Assembly: GCA_043731355.1 (NCBI GenBank)
Contig: JAYTJE010000028.1
Coordinates: 13,261 to 77,260 of the forward strand
Origin: Nitrospirota bacterium
GTDB taxonomy: Bacteria > Nitrospirota > UBA9217
DNA length: 64,000 nt
Direction: 5' to 3'
Below are positions 1 through 10,650 of this stretch, piece by piece (the first letter of the stretch is position 1; each line of letters starts with the position of its first letter). A program made the translations under genes and the position numbers. Below the pieces are notes generated by a model that ran no database searches, had not been told where the DNA came from, and was given only the letters and a program-made list of their open reading frames with translations.

Positions 1-729
1 GGATCCGGGGGTGGCGGCAGGGTGGACACGGGAGGAGGAGGACTTGCCAAGGCATCGCTTGGCCTGAAGTTCACGGCAGGGGACGGTTTCTCAATTGATA
101 CCCGGACAGGTTATGTTGTCTCCGGAGGCGAATTCCGGGCGCGGACCTTTGAGTTCGGGTTAAGCTATGCAATTGACGCGGCGGTCTTCGGCAACCATGG
201 CGTGACCGGCGGCCCCGTTGCGGACAGCCTCCGGAGCTATTCCTGGCGCATCCGCTTTGCCGGTGCACAATACCCATCCCTGAACGCTTCAATGCGCAAC
301 GGACGTGAAGAGGGGGCTGTCTCGCTTCTCTGCGTGAAACTCGATGCGTTTCCGGGCGCCAGCGCCCTTTATCTGACCGGCCAGGCGCAGAGCGCATTCG
401 CCGGAGGGGCGGGCGGCTATTCAGTCGGTCTCATGGGCATCGGGTATCTGTCCGAGCCTGTGGCCGGGACCAGCGTCCACGTGTTCGCCGAAGTCCTCGG
501 CGGGGCAGCCGGGGGCGGCGGTATCGAGGTCCACGGGGGCGCCGTTGTCCAGCCCTCGGTCGGCGTACGCTATGATGTCAGCAGCACCACGGGCATCGAG
601 GCCTCGGTCGGCAGGGTCAGGGCTCTCCACGGCGGGCTTGACAGCACCGTCGCCGGCATCGGCGTCGTGTTCCGGTTCTCTATTGCCGGCAAAAGGATTG
701 TTCATCCTGACCCGGACAGGCCGGAATAA
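1..729 (+). CDS. Glycine-rich hypothetical protein, 5'-truncated at the window edge (reading frame is open back to nt 1)
   Basis: ORF 22..729, no in-frame stop upstream to nt 1; Gly/Ala/Val-rich, no recognisable family. Confidence 0.35.
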   Translation, partial: GSGGGGRVDTGGGGLAKASLGLKFTAGDGFSIDTRTGYVVSGGEFRARTFEFGLSYAIDAAVFGNHGVTGGPVADSLRSYSWRIRFAGAQYPSLNASMRNGREEGAVSLLCVKLDAFPGASALYLTGQAQSAFAGGAGGYSVGLMGIGYLSEPVAGTSVHVFAEVLGGAAGGGGIEVHGGAVVQPSVGVRYDVSSTTGIEASVGRVRALHGGLDSTVAGIGVVFRFSIAGKRIVHPDPDRPE

Positions 730-780
730 AATTTTCGACAGACGGGGTTGTCCGTTGTCAGAAATGGTCATTTCGAGCAG

Positions 781-822
781 ACAAAAAAAGGCCTTGCATG
801 GTTGCAAGGCCTTTTGATTCAT
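781..822. terminator. Bidirectional rho-independent terminator
   Basis: Hairpin AAGGCCTTGCA-tggt-TGCAAGGCCTT flanked by an A-run on the 5' side and a T-run on the 3' side. Lies between convergent ORF1 (+) and purN (-). Confidence 0.6.
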
Positions 823-1016
823 GAATGCACGGTGCGGCAAGGCTATGGATGCGGCAATCCCCTCGGGTGCGGGAGGTGACGTCCGGGGAGTCCGGGATGA
901 TGCGGAAAACATGCGGATGAGACAAACAGGACCGTTATCGCTATCAGTACTAATGCTTTCCATCGCTGTTTCATGTAAACCCCCTTCCTTGATTTCAGAG
1001 CACGACGCGCTGCCTC

Positions 1017-1667
1017 TTATGGATTTATCAAAAAATCGTTGGATTCGGTTACTGCGCCGATGACCGTGACCCTGCTCCCTTCGATCTTGAGTTTTCCCTC
1101 TGCATATAATTGAATTGCCCGCGAATAGATCTTATGCTCCTGCTGAAGAATGCGGTCTGACAGGCTGTCCTCGGTATCCTTGTCCAGGACCGGAACCACG
1201 GCCTGGATGATGATGGGGCCGGTGTCCATGCCTTCATCAACGAAATGCACGGTGCAGCCGGAGAACCTGGCGCCGCCTGCGATGGCTGCTTTCTGCACGT
1301 GCAGGCCGGGGAAGGCCGGCAGCAGGGCGGGGTGGATGTTGAGGACACGGTTCGGGAATGCTCGAAGCAGGGTCGGCGTGATGATGCGCATGAAGCCCGC
1401 GAGACAGACCAGGTCCACGCTTTGTTTCTGAAGCTCCTGCACGAGGAGGGCGTCGTACGCATCACGCTTTTCCTTATAGCCTTTGGCGCTTATGTGGATT
1501 GCCGGTATGTTGTGTTTGCGCGCTCGCTCGAGGGAGTAAGCGCCGGGCTGGTCGCTGATAACGACCGCGATCTCGGCTGCGAGCTGACCGAGTTCGATAT
1601 TGTCGATGATGGCCTGGAGGTTCGATCCCCGGCCCGAGACGAGGACCCCGATGCGGACCTTTTTCAT
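1017..1667 (-). CDS. purN: Phosphoribosylglycinamide formyltransferase
   Basis: 216 aa; GVLVSGRGSNLQAI and NIHPALLPAF..G motifs typical of PurN/formyl transferase. Confidence 0.9.
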   Translation of the reverse strand: MKKVRIGVLVSGRGSNLQAIIDNIELGQLAAEIAVVISDQPGAYSLERARKHNIPAIHISAKGYKEKRDAYDALLVQELQKQSVDLVCLAGFMRIITPTLLRAFPNRVLNIHPALLPAFPGLHVQKAAIAGGARFSGCTVHFVDEGMDTGPIIIQAVVPVLDKDTEDSLSDRILQQEHKIYSRAIQLYAEGKLKIEGSRVTVIGAVTESNDFLINP

Positions 1668-1754
1668 AGGAATTCCTTATAACAGGGTTCGGGGTCCAGG
1701 GCCAGGGTTCAGGTAAAAAAAGAGTGGACCCCGGCTGCCGGACCCTGGCTGCTA

Positions 1755-2780
1755 TCATTCTTTGTACTTCACGACCTGCTTCCCTTTTGCGATCTCACCG
1801 ATCAGGTAGGCCCGCTCGCCGAGCTTCTTTGCGCGTTTCATGATCGCATCGGCCTGTTTTGCCGGTACTGCCAGTATCATGCCGACGCCCATGTTGAAGT
1901 CCCGGTACATCTCATGATCGTCCACACCCGCTTTTTCCTGGATCAATGAAAATATTGGATGGATGTCCCAGGTCCCCTTGACGATCACTGCCTGGACGCC
2001 TTTCGGCAGCATGCGCGGCGTATTCTCGGTGATGCCTCCGCCGGTAATGTGCGCCATGCCGCGCAGATCGAATTCCCGCATCAGCGCAAGGATGGTTTTC
2101 GCGTAGATCCGCGTCGGAGCGAGCAGGACCTCTCCCAGCGGCCGGTCGAGCCCGGGAATCATCTTTTTGAGCGAGTAGCCGGTTTCTTCGAGCAGGACCT
2201 TGCGCGCCAGCGAGTAGCCGTTGCTGTGGAGGCCTGATGATGCAAGTCCGATGAGCTGGTCACCGGGTCTGATCCGGGAGCCGTCGATGATCTTCTTCTT
2301 TTCCACCACGCCTACGGCAAAACCCGCCAGGTCGTACTCATCGTTCCCGTAGAATGACGGCATTTCCGCGGTCTCTCCGCCGATCAAGGCGCAGCCGGAC
2401 TGCCGGCAGCCTTCGGCGATCCCTTTAATGATGCTGGCGTGCTCCCTGGGCTTCAGCTTGCCTGTGGCAAAATAGTCGAGGAAGAAGAGCGGCTCCGCGC
2501 CCTGAACGATAATGTCGTTCACGCACATGGCCACGAGGTCGATGCCCACGGTGTCGTGTTTTTTTGTAAGAAAGGCGATCTTGAGCTTGGTGCCCACGCC
2601 GTCCGTGCCGGAAACGAGGACCGGTTGTTTGTATTTTTTGAGGGCAAAGAGTCCGCCGAAGCCGCCGATGTCGGTGAGCACTTCCGGACGGAACGTCGAC
2701 TTGACGTAGGGTTTGATCTTTGAGACAAAGAGGTCTCCGGCATCGATGTCAACGCCGGCATCCTTATAGGTAATGGCCAT
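1755..2780 (-). CDS. purM: Phosphoribosylformylglycinamidine cyclo-ligase (AIR synthetase)
   Basis: 341 aa; N-terminus [15 protein letters not shown] and overall PurM architecture. Confidence 0.92.
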   Translation of the reverse strand: MAITYKDAGVDIDAGDLFVSKIKPYVKSTFRPEVLTDIGGFGGLFALKKYKQPVLVSGTDGVGTKLKIAFLTKKHDTVGIDLVAMCVNDIIVQGAEPLFFLDYFATGKLKPREHASIIKGIAEGCRQSGCALIGGETAEMPSFYGNDEYDLAGFAVGVVEKKKIIDGSRIRPGDQLIGLASSGLHSNGYSLARKVLLEETGYSLKKMIPGLDRPLGEVLLAPTRIYAKTILALMREFDLRGMAHITGGGITENTPRMLPKGVQAVIVKGTWDIHPIFSLIQEKAGVDDHEMYRDFNMGVGMILAVPAKQADAIMKRAKKLGERAYLIGEIAKGKQVVKYKE

Positions 2781-2907
2781 GGAGGTGTCCCTTCGTTAAA
2801 ATTTTGTCGATAGTACCTGTTACCGGCGCCGCTGTCAACAAGTTTCAGACGCATTCGCTATCTGACTTTTTGCTCGCTGTCCCGAACGGTGGAATTGTGA
2901 TGAACGC

Positions 2908-3912
2908 TCATTCCCACTGATACGTGATCGAACCTTTTTTAACGCCGGGGTTGGCGATGACCCGAAGCTCGCCGAGGTTAAACTCTTTTTTTAGCGCGAT
3001 GATATTTGAACGGTTTTGAGCAATGGCAGCGGCAAGCTCGGAGGGATGACTGAGCAAAAACGCGGCTCCCGATCCCTGCACATGCTGTTGCAAGGCGGCG
3101 CGCATCCGGTCCAGGAGGATCGACGAATCCACGAGCTGCCTGAAGGCCGGATGATAGGGGCCAGCCAGAATGGCGCCGGGTCTTTGAAGTTCCTCGGATG
3201 GCTGGAGCCCCATGCGAATCACTGAGATGCCGGCGGGCTTGAATTGCAGAAACGCATCTTTGCACCACTGTACCGCTTCGTCCAGAGACAACGGGGTATA
3301 GTGTCCCGACCGGTAGAGCGCTTCGAGCGGTGTTTCTTTGATCACGAGCGCAGGATAGATCCTGACGAAGTCAGGCTTCATTCCGATCACGCTGCGAACA
3401 GTCGCCATGAAGGCCCCGGCGGAATCTCCGGGCAAGCCGGGCATCAGCTGCAGCCCGACGGTGAATCCCTGTTCCTGAAGCAGGGTGACGGCATGGATGG
3501 CGTCGGCCGCGGTGTGGCCTCGTGCGGAACGCATGAGCACCGTGTCATCCATCGATTGGACGCCCAGTTCGATGGTCTCGACCCGATGGTTTCTGAGAAA
3601 GGAAAGGAGTTCCTTGGTGATGCAATCCGGACGCGTTGAAAGGCGGATCCCCCTGATAGCTCCCGAGGAGATGAAGGCTTGGCATGGTTCAAGGTAGCTT
3701 TTCTGGACATCGATCGGCAGGGCGGTAAAGCTGCCGCCGTAGAATGCCACCTGGGCGGGTTCCCGTTGTTCGACCAGGGCCAGATACGTGGTGATGGTCT
3801 GCGCGATAGTGGATGGATCAACGGCTGCACACTGTCCGGTGATATTCTTTTGGTTGCAGAACACGCACTGGTGTCGGCATCCGGCATGGGGAATGAAGAA
3901 GGGGATGATCAT
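2908..3912 (-). CDS. Radical SAM protein, ELP3/HemN-like (no GNAT domain)
   Basis: N-terminal CRHQCVFC radical-SAM cysteine motif right after the start; 334 aa. Confidence 0.6.
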   Translation of the reverse strand: MIIPFFIPHAGCRHQCVFCNQKNITGQCAAVDPSTIAQTITTYLALVEQREPAQVAFYGGSFTALPIDVQKSYLEPCQAFISSGAIRGIRLSTRPDCITKELLSFLRNHRVETIELGVQSMDDTVLMRSARGHTAADAIHAVTLLQEQGFTVGLQLMPGLPGDSAGAFMATVRSVIGMKPDFVRIYPALVIKETPLEALYRSGHYTPLSLDEAVQWCKDAFLQFKPAGISVIRMGLQPSEELQRPGAILAGPYHPAFRQLVDSSILLDRMRAALQQHVQGSGAAFLLSHPSELAAAIAQNRSNIIALKKEFNLGELRVIANPGVKKGSITYQWE

Positions 3913-3972
3913 GGAAATACAGAAGTCAGGAGACAGGTGTCAGAAGTCAGGAAAAATGAAACTGCTATTCCC

Positions 3973-4692
3973 TTACCCTTCTGTATTCTGTCTCCTGTTT
4001 TCTGGCTCCTGGCTTCTTAGTTTTTCAAGCGCTTCCTTTGCCGCTTTTTGCTCAGCTTCCTTCTTGCTTTTGCCTGTTCCACGGCCAGAGACCCGCCCCT
4101 TGACCAGCAGTTCCACGTTGAACTGCTTCTGGTGGTCCGGACCGGTCTCTGAGGCGACGCGGTATTCAGGCAACTGCTTCAGGCGCTCCTGGCAGAGTTC
4201 CTGGAGCGCTGTTTTGTAGTCGAGACTGGCGCGTGAAGCGCAGCTTCTTTTTATCACGTCCTCAAAAAAGCGAAGGATGAAAGCTTCAGCGGCCTCCTTG
4301 CCTGCATCGAGGTACAGTGAGGCAATGAGCGCTTCCAGCGCATCCGCCAGCAGCGAGTCCTTGTCGCGTCCGCCGGTCTGTTCTTCGCCCTTGCCAAGCA
4401 GCAGGTAGGAACCGAGTGCCAGGGCGCGGCCGATCGCGGCAAGCGCGGGTTCGCTCACGATCGCTGCCCGGAGTCTCGAAAGATCTCCTTCGGTCGAGTC
4501 CGGGCAGGTCCTCATGAGATGCTCGCTGACGACGAGCGAGAGGACGGCGTCGCCGAGGAACTCCATCCGTTCATTGTGGTAGGGGGTCTTGTTCTCGTTG
4601 GCAAAGGACTTGTGCGTCAAAGCGCGTTCAAGGAGCCGGGGGTCCTTGAACGGGTGGAAAATGCTTTGCTCAAGCTCTGCGAGTGTGCGCAT
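3973..4692 (-). CDS. rnc: Ribonuclease III
   Basis: RNase III signature ERMEFLGDAVL plus C-terminal dsRBD (GPDHQKQF..GRGTGKSKKEAEQ). The ORF track extends to 4872, but the conserved N-terminus starts at MRTLAELEQ (nt 4692), 1 nt after the fabF stop. Confidence 0.85.
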   Translation of the reverse strand: MRTLAELEQSIFHPFKDPRLLERALTHKSFANENKTPYHNERMEFLGDAVLSLVVSEHLMRTCPDSTEGDLSRLRAAIVSEPALAAIGRALALGSYLLLGKGEEQTGGRDKDSLLADALEALIASLYLDAGKEAAEAFILRFFEDVIKRSCASRASLDYKTALQELCQERLKQLPEYRVASETGPDHQKQFNVELLVKGRVSGRGTGKSKKEAEQKAAKEALEKLRSQEPENRRQNTEG

Positions 4693-4693
4693 C

Positions 4694-5935
4694 TTAGTCC
4701 CGGAAGCGCTTGAACACGAGGCACGCATTCGTGCCGCCAAAACCGAAGGAATTGGACATGACGACATCAACCTGCGCTTTTCGGGCGGTGTGCGGGATAT
4801 AGTCCAGGTCGCATTCCGGATCGGGATTTTCAAGATTGATGGTCGGCGGAAGCACCCCGCGGTCCATCGCAAGAATGGAGATAACGGCCTCCACGCCGCC
4901 GGCGGCCCCGAGCAGATGGCCGGTCATGGATTTCGTGGAGCTTACCGGGATCTTGTAGGCATGCTCGCCGAAGACGCTCTTGATGGCAATGGTCTCGAGC
5001 TCGTCGCCGTACTTGGTGGAGGTCCCGTGAGCATTGATGTAGCCCATCTCCGACGGCGCCACGCCCGCGTCCTTGATCGCCATGTTCATGCAGCGCGCGG
5101 CGCCTTCGCCGTTCGGGGCGGGTGAGGTGATATGGTAGGCGTCTCCCGAGGCGCCATAGCCGACTATCTCGGCATAGATGCGGGCCCCGCGCGCGCGCGC
5201 GGTTTCTAGCTCTTCAAGGACCACCACGCCGGAGCCTTCTCCCATGATGAACCCGTCGCGGCCGGCGTCAAAGGGGCGGCTTGCGCGCCGCGGCTCGTCG
5301 TTCCGGGTCGAGAGGGCCTTCATGGCGTTGAAACCGCCCACGGCGGTCACGCAGAGGCACGATTCGGCGCCGCCCGCGATCATGGCGTCGGCATCGCCGC
5401 GCTGGATCCATTTAAAGGCATCGCCGATTGAGTGGGTCCCTGTCGCGCAGGCGGTAACGATGCTGATATTGGGGCCTTTAGCGCCGAAGCGCATGGAAAT
5501 ATTACCCGCTGCCTCGTTGATGATGATCATGGGGATAAAAAAAGGGGTCACTTTGCGAATGCCGCGCTCGAGATATATTTTGTAATACTTCTCGATGGCC
5601 GGGAGCCCGCCCATGCCCGCGCTGACGATGACGCCGACGCGCTCGGCATTTTCCGGCGTGATTTTGAGGCCGGACATATCCATGGCCATCTGGCTGGCCG
5701 CGATCGCGAGATGGATAAAACGGTCCATCTTCTTGACCTCTTTGGGCTCGATGTACTTTTCCGGCTTGAAGCCGTGGATCTCCCCCGCGATTTGCGTCGG
5801 AATCGTTTTGTCATCGAACTGGGTAATGGGGCCGATGCCGGATTTTCCGCTGATCAGGCCTTCCCAGCTTGCTTCCGTATCGAGCCCGACGGGCGTTACC
5901 ATGCCGACGCCGGTTACAACAACTCTTCTCTTCAA
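4694..5935 (-). CDS. fabF: 3-oxoacyl-ACP synthase II
   Basis: 413 aa KAS II; active-site region [12 protein letters not shown] and C-terminal HGTSTKYGD / GHLLGAAG motifs. Confidence 0.92.
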   Translation of the reverse strand: MKRRVVVTGVGMVTPVGLDTEASWEGLISGKSGIGPITQFDDKTIPTQIAGEIHGFKPEKYIEPKEVKKMDRFIHLAIAASQMAMDMSGLKITPENAERVGVIVSAGMGGLPAIEKYYKIYLERGIRKVTPFFIPMIIINEAAGNISMRFGAKGPNISIVTACATGTHSIGDAFKWIQRGDADAMIAGGAESCLCVTAVGGFNAMKALSTRNDEPRRASRPFDAGRDGFIMGEGSGVVVLEELETARARGARIYAEIVGYGASGDAYHITSPAPNGEGAARCMNMAIKDAGVAPSEMGYINAHGTSTKYGDELETIAIKSVFGEHAYKIPVSSTKSMTGHLLGAAGGVEAVISILAMDRGVLPPTINLENPDPECDLDYIPHTARKAQVDVVMSNSFGFGGTNACLVFKRFRD

Positions 5936-6057
5936 CAGAGGATACCTCCCGCATAATAAATCCGAAAAGCCAAAAAACCTGTTCTCACGGCTGTGGGAGA
6001 GGTCTTCTGGCTTTTTGGATTTTTTGGGACTGATTGGCTCTCGATCTTTCCTGTGCG

Positions 6058-6291
6058 TTACTTCTTTGCCTTGACATAGTCGATCGCGTTCTGTACGGTC
6101 GCTATCTTTTCCGCATCTTCATCCGGGATCTCAACGCCGAATTCCTCCTCGAGCGCCATCACGAGTTCCACGGTATCGAGCGAATCTGCGCCGAGGTCGT
6201 TGACGAAGGATGCTTCAGGTTTCACATCCGCTTCCGGTACGCCGAGCTGCTCAGAAATGATCTTTTTTACCTTTGCTTCAATCTCTGCCAT
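6058..6291 (-). CDS. acpP: Acyl carrier protein
   Basis: 77 aa; phosphopantetheine attachment motif [11 protein letters not shown]. Confidence 0.92.
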   Translation of the reverse strand: MAEIEAKVKKIISEQLGVPEADVKPEASFVNDLGADSLDTVELVMALEEEFGVEIPDEDAEKIATVQNAIDYVKAKK

Positions 6292-6367
6292 TGTCTTCCT
6301 CCTGTGATTAGGTCCTTGATAGTATATCTGTCTCTACAATGCGGTGTATTTCCCGGAGCACACGGAA

Positions 6368-7108
6368 CTACATGTACATGCCGCCGTTTACATGAATGAC
6401 CTGACCGGAGATGTACGAGGCCCAGGGTGATGCAAGGAACCTGACCGCATTTGCGACGTCCGCGGGAGTGCCGAGCTTGCCCAGGGGAATCTGCTTCGCG
6501 AGCTCTGTCCTGACCGTCTCGGACAGGGCCTGCGTCATGGCAGTTTCAATGAAGCCGGGGGCGACAGCATTGGCGGTAATGCCGCGGTTCGCATATTCAC
6601 GGGCGATGGTCTTGGTCAGCCCGATAAGCCCTGCCTTGGACGCCACATAGTTCGCCTGGCCGGCGTTGCCCATGGCGCCCACGATCGAGGCGATATTGAT
6701 GATCGTGCCGCCGCGCTGCTTGGTCATGTACTTGAGCGCTGACTTCGTGCACAGGAATGCGCCTTTTAAATTGATGCTGAGCACCAGGTCCCAGTCCTCA
6801 TCCTTCATCCTGAGGATAAGCCCGTCGCGGGTGATGCCGGCATTGTTTACCAAAATGTCTATTCTGCCGAATTTTTCGACGACCTGGTCGACCATGGCAA
6901 TCACGTCGGCGGAAGCAGCCACGTTCGCTTTGAGGGCCAGTGATTTTTTCCCCAGCGCTTCGATGTCCGCTGCTGTCTTCTGTGCCGCTTCGAGGTTCAC
7001 GTCGCAGATGGCGACGTCAGCGCCGTCCGTTGCGAGCGCCAGTGCAATGTCCCTGCCGATGCCCTGTGCGGCGCCGGTGACTAATGCTATTTTTCCGTTC
7101 AAGCTCAT
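6368..7108 (-). CDS. fabG: 3-oxoacyl-ACP reductase
   Basis: 246 aa SDR; TGAAQGIGR Rossmann motif and YVASKAG catalytic tetrad region. Confidence 0.9.
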   Translation of the reverse strand: MSLNGKIALVTGAAQGIGRDIALALATDGADVAICDVNLEAAQKTAADIEALGKKSLALKANVAASADVIAMVDQVVEKFGRIDILVNNAGITRDGLILRMKDEDWDLVLSINLKGAFLCTKSALKYMTKQRGGTIINIASIVGAMGNAGQANYVASKAGLIGLTKTIAREYANRGITANAVAPGFIETAMTQALSETVRTELAKQIPLGKLGTPADVANAVRFLASPWASYISGQVIHVNGGMYM

Positions 7109-7149
7109 GCATTCGCTCCTGCGGGTTGTGGGGTGGCGCCCGGCCCGTG

Positions 7150-7566
7150 TTATTTTTTCGAGCAGCTGCCGTCGATGCCGATCCCGTTCAGGGTGAACAT
7201 ATTGTATTTGACGTATTCACCCTTGCAGGAGACCCGGTCTCCTTTGTGCATTGCGGCCGCGTCCTTGCCATGAACGTCGACGACAAAGTTTTTGGAGCGC
7301 CCGGGAACATCCACCGACACCACGATCTTGACGCCCGTTTTTCCGGTCAGGACATCATGAACTTTTCCTTCGGCGGAGACCTGCTGCCCCTTCAGCGCTT
7401 TAAGGTATTGCTTGATGTCCGCCGAGGAATATTTCGATTTGTCCATGTGGTTCGCTACGACTGCGGCGGCAACCGGTCCCGCGTGGGCCGCAACCGGGGA
7501 CAAAACGGCCATACCCGCTGCAATGAGCATTGAAAACACGATTGTAAAAACAACCTTCATAATCAT
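7150..7566 (-). CDS. Small secreted protein (signal peptide; possible OB-fold/YgiW-like), inserted between fabG and fabD
   Basis: 138 aa; hydrophobic N-terminus ending AHA, two Cys near the C-terminus; no enzymatic motif. Confidence 0.5.
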   Translation of the reverse strand: MIMKVVFTIVFSMLIAAGMAVLSPVAAHAGPVAAAVVANHMDKSKYSSADIKQYLKALKGQQVSAEGKVHDVLTGKTGVKIVVSVDVPGRSKNFVVDVHGKDAAAMHKGDRVSCKGEYVKYNMFTLNGIGIDGSCSKK

Positions 7567-7600
7567 GACGATCCTCCTTGGTTGGATGTCTGTCGGACTG

Positions 7601-8536
7601 CTACGAAACGCCGAGGGCGTTTAGTGTTTCGTTCAGGCTCTTCTGATCTTCAACGTTCTGGATCTTCGCTTCTTTGGCGATCCGCTTTACCAACCCGGAA
7701 AGTACTTTGCCGGGCCCCACTTCGATAAACGTATCGACGCCGTCGGCGGCCATTCGTTTAATCGAATCTTCCCAGAAGAGAGGAGCGCTTATCTGTTTGA
7801 TGAGCGAAGGCCTCAATTCAGACGCTTTCCGCACATACCTGGCTTCGGCGTTATTGACGATCGGCATCGTGAGATCTCTGATGCTGACGGACTCCAGCTC
7901 TTTTGCCAGCCGGTCGCCAGCCGCCTGCATCATGGCGCAATGTGAAGGCACACTTACCGCAAGCGGCACTACTTTTTTTGCCCCGCGGGATTTGGCGAGT
8001 TCCATGGCCGCTTCCACGGCTTTTTTCTCGCCTGCTATCACGATCTGGCCCGGGGTGTTATAATTTGCAGGGGCAACTATACCATTTTTAGAAGCGTCAA
8101 GGCAAGTTTTTTCTACGTCCCGCCGCTCCATGCCGAGAATGGCCGCCATGAGTCCGGCGCCTTCAGGAACGGCCTCCTGCATGTACCGTCCGCGCTTTCG
8201 CACCAGCGCCACGGCATCGGTGAGGGACAGTCCCCCGGCCGCGGTGATCGCGGTATACTCGCCGAGGCTATGGCCTGCGGCAACGACGGCAGTGACCCCC
8301 CGCTTCGTGAGCGGCTTCAACATGGCAATACTCGACGCAAGGATGGCTGGCTGGGTATTTTCAGTGAGATTCAGCTTCTCAACAGGGCCCTGTATGCACA
8401 GGTGCGCCAGGTCGAAGCCAAGCACCGTGCTCGCTGCTTCGAAAACCTCGCGGGATTCCGCGAAGGTCTCATGAAATTCTTTGGCCATGCCCACGTATTG
8501 CGAGCCCTGGCCGGGAAAGAGAAATGCTATTTTCAT
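7601..8536 (-). CDS. fabD: Malonyl-CoA:ACP transacylase
   Basis: 311 aa; FPGQGSQ and GHSLGEY active-site motifs. Confidence 0.9.
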   Translation of the reverse strand: MKIAFLFPGQGSQYVGMAKEFHETFAESREVFEAASTVLGFDLAHLCIQGPVEKLNLTENTQPAILASSIAMLKPLTKRGVTAVVAAGHSLGEYTAITAAGGLSLTDAVALVRKRGRYMQEAVPEGAGLMAAILGMERRDVEKTCLDASKNGIVAPANYNTPGQIVIAGEKKAVEAAMELAKSRGAKKVVPLAVSVPSHCAMMQAAGDRLAKELESVSIRDLTMPIVNNAEARYVRKASELRPSLIKQISAPLFWEDSIKRMAADGVDTFIEVGPGKVLSGLVKRIAKEAKIQNVEDQKSLNETLNALGVS

Positions 8537-8549
8537 AGGTATGCCAGTC

Positions 8550-9749
8550 TCACTTGTATCCCCGGAGTTCCTTGAACTGCCTGATCATGACCGGCAGGAC
8601 CTCCAGAACATCGCCCACAATGCCGTAGGTGGCGACGCTGAAGATGGGAGCGTCGGGGTCCTTGTTGATCGCCACGATGACGTCGGACGACTGCATGCCG
8701 GCCACGTGCTGGATGGCGCCGGATATGCCGCACGCGATATAGAGTTTGGGACAAACGGTCTTGCCGGTCTGGCCCACCTGGTGCGAGTAGGGTATCCAGC
8801 CTTCGTCCACTGCGCCGCGCGTTGCGGCAACTGCGCCGCCCAGGACCCTGGCAAGCTCCTCGAGCAGATGCAGGTTCTTGACGCCCCCCATGCCGCGGCC
8901 TCCGGCCACAATAATGTTCGCCTCGCAGATGTTCACGGTCTCGCCCAGCTCTTCCACGGTTTTAATGACCCTGGTGCGGACATCGCCTGCCTGCGTGAAC
9001 TTCACGTTGACGATCTCTCCGGTTCTGTCATCGTTGCGGGGCGCCGGCTTCATCACCTTGTGTCTGACCGTCGCCATCTGCGGCCGATGATTGGGAGAAA
9101 CGATGGTGGCCATGATGTTGCCGCCGAAGGCCGGCCGGGTCTGGTGAAGGTTGCCGGTCTCGGGATCGATATCGAGCATGGTGCAGTCCGCGGTAAGCCC
9201 CGTATACAGCTTGGCCGCGACCTTGGGAATGAACGAACGGCCGATCGCTGTTGCGCCAGCCAGGATGATCTCGGGTTTGTGGAGCGTTGCAAGGGTGGTG
9301 AGCACGGCGCTGTAGGAGTCGTCGTTAAAATCCTTCAGGGCCGGATCGTCGGCCAGGTAGACAATATCCGCCCCGTGAGCGATGAGGTCCTTTGCCTTGT
9401 CCTTGATGCCGTGGCCGATGAATACGGCGGAAAGTTTTGCCTGGCGCTTGTCCGCAAGCTTTCGTCCTTCGCCGAGGAGCTCAAGCGCAACGCTGGATAT
9501 GCCGCCCTTGTGCTGTTCCGCAAAGACCCAAACGCCCTTAAATGCGGAAAGGTCCTTTGCCGCCGCAACGGCTTCTTCTCCGGTACGTTCGATGGATTTG
9601 AATTCGCATGCCTCGAGGCACGCGCCGCACAGGGTGCAGCTTTCCGTGATGAAGGCCTTTCCGCCCCGCATCTCGATGGCGCCAAAGGGGCAGGCGGATA
9701 CACAGGTCTCGCAGCCGGTGCAGGTGGTGGAAATGACTTGAACGCTCAC
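8550..9749 (-). CDS. etfA: Electron transfer flavoprotein alpha subunit with N-terminal 2x[4Fe-4S] ferredoxin domain
   Basis: N-terminal [12 protein letters not shown] and [12 protein letters not shown] clusters, followed by a canonical EtfA FAD-binding domain; 399 aa. Confidence 0.85.
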   Translation of the reverse strand: MSVQVISTTCTGCETCVSACPFGAIEMRGGKAFITESCTLCGACLEACEFKSIERTGEEAVAAAKDLSAFKGVWVFAEQHKGGISSVALELLGEGRKLADKRQAKLSAVFIGHGIKDKAKDLIAHGADIVYLADDPALKDFNDDSYSAVLTTLATLHKPEIILAGATAIGRSFIPKVAAKLYTGLTADCTMLDIDPETGNLHQTRPAFGGNIMATIVSPNHRPQMATVRHKVMKPAPRNDDRTGEIVNVKFTQAGDVRTRVIKTVEELGETVNICEANIIVAGGRGMGGVKNLHLLEELARVLGGAVAATRGAVDEGWIPYSHQVGQTGKTVCPKLYIACGISGAIQHVAGMQSSDVIVAINKDPDAPIFSVATYGIVGDVLEVLPVMIRQFKELRGYK

Positions 9750-9851
9750 TATGAACTCCTTTTGAATCAGAGCAGGTAAGAGGGTAAGAGGGAAAAAAGG
9801 TACGAAAAAAATGCCTACCTTCTTACCTTCATACCATCCTACCTTCCCGGT

Positions 9852-10637
9852 TTACACCAACGATTGTTCTTTCAACTTTTTCACGACCTGCTCCACCTGC
9901 TGTTCGATCGTGCCGGACAGGATTTCCCGCTGGCCGCGAGGGACAGGCGGAAATATTCTGACGACCTTCGTGGGAGAACCTTTGAGCCCGAGCAAGTTCT
10001 CGTCAGCGTTGATATCTTCGGCCGTCATGGTCGTGACCTTGAGGTTTTTGGCTTTCATCTTGCCCTTCAGCGAGGGCAGCCGCGGCTGATTGATCTCTTT
10101 GACCACGGTTATCAGCGCCGGGAGGGAGGACTCCACCACATCGTACCCATCGTCCATCATGCGCTCCACCGTCATTTTACCGCCGCCGATGGCGGTAATT
10201 TTCTTGATGTAGGCTATGAAGGGAATGCCGAGCATGTCAGCGGTCTCGGGGCCTACCTGGGCGGTGTCGCCGTCGATCGCCTGCTTTCCCGCGATCACGA
10301 GGTCGTAGGAACCGAGTTTTTTAATGCCCTGAGAAAGGGCGTAGGACGTGGCCCAGGTGTCGGCGCCGGCGAACGCCCGGTCGGAAAACAGCACGACTTC
10401 ATCAACGCCCATGGCCACAGCTTCTTTGAGCGCGTCAGCGGCCTGCGGCGGGCCCATGGTCACGGCGGTCACCTTGCCGCCATGCCGCTCGCGCAAACGG
10501 AGCGCTTCTTCAAGGGCGAACATATCAAAGGGGTTGATGATGCTCGGGACGCCGTCACGGATGAGCGTGTTTGTTTCCCGGTTGATCTTCACTTCCGATG
10601 TGTCAGGCACCTGTTTGACCAGAACAATGATATTCAT
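9852..10637 (-). CDS. etfB: Electron transfer flavoprotein beta subunit
   Basis: 261 aa; MNIIVLVKQVPD N-terminus and the DGDTAQVGP motif. Confidence 0.85.
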   Translation of the reverse strand: MNIIVLVKQVPDTSEVKINRETNTLIRDGVPSIINPFDMFALEEALRLRERHGGKVTAVTMGPPQAADALKEAVAMGVDEVVLFSDRAFAGADTWATSYALSQGIKKLGSYDLVIAGKQAIDGDTAQVGPETADMLGIPFIAYIKKITAIGGGKMTVERMMDDGYDVVESSLPALITVVKEINQPRLPSLKGKMKAKNLKVTTMTAEDINADENLLGLKGSPTKVVRIFPPVPRGQREILSGTIEQQVEQVVKKLKEQSLV

Positions 10638-10650
10638 GGACGGTCTCCGC

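Noticed and set aside
1-6. The window starts with GGATCC (a BamHI site)
   Set aside because: This is probably a cloning boundary of the source fragment, not a biological feature. It does explain why the first ORF is truncated.
421-963. 180-aa minus-strand ORF and small ORFs 545..817 and 821..1063 in the ORF1/purN intergenic area
   Set aside because: They overlap the bidirectional terminator and each other, have low-complexity composition, and show no RBS.
1668-1754. GC-rich segment + T-run on the minus strand between purM and purN as a terminator
   Set aside because: I could not find a clean stem; it may simply be a spacer within a purM-purN operon.
5936-6057. Possible acpP-fabF intergenic attenuator hairpin (CCAAAAAACC…GGCTTTTTGG)
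   Set aside because: Only ~9 bp pair, with a >30-nt loop; not convincing as a terminator.
8481-9779. 432-aa plus-strand ORF antisense to etfA, and similar long antisense ORFs (9864..10676, 10348..11190, 12986..13915, 18209..18913, 24463..25212, 30954..31778, 36238..37101, 38637..39248, 44613..45278, 48605..49303, 51001..51558, 53265..53972, 57324..58448)
   Set aside because: High-GC genomes produce long stop-free antisense frames. All of these lie opposite confidently identified genes, have Arg/Ala/Gly-rich low-complexity composition, and carry no motifs.
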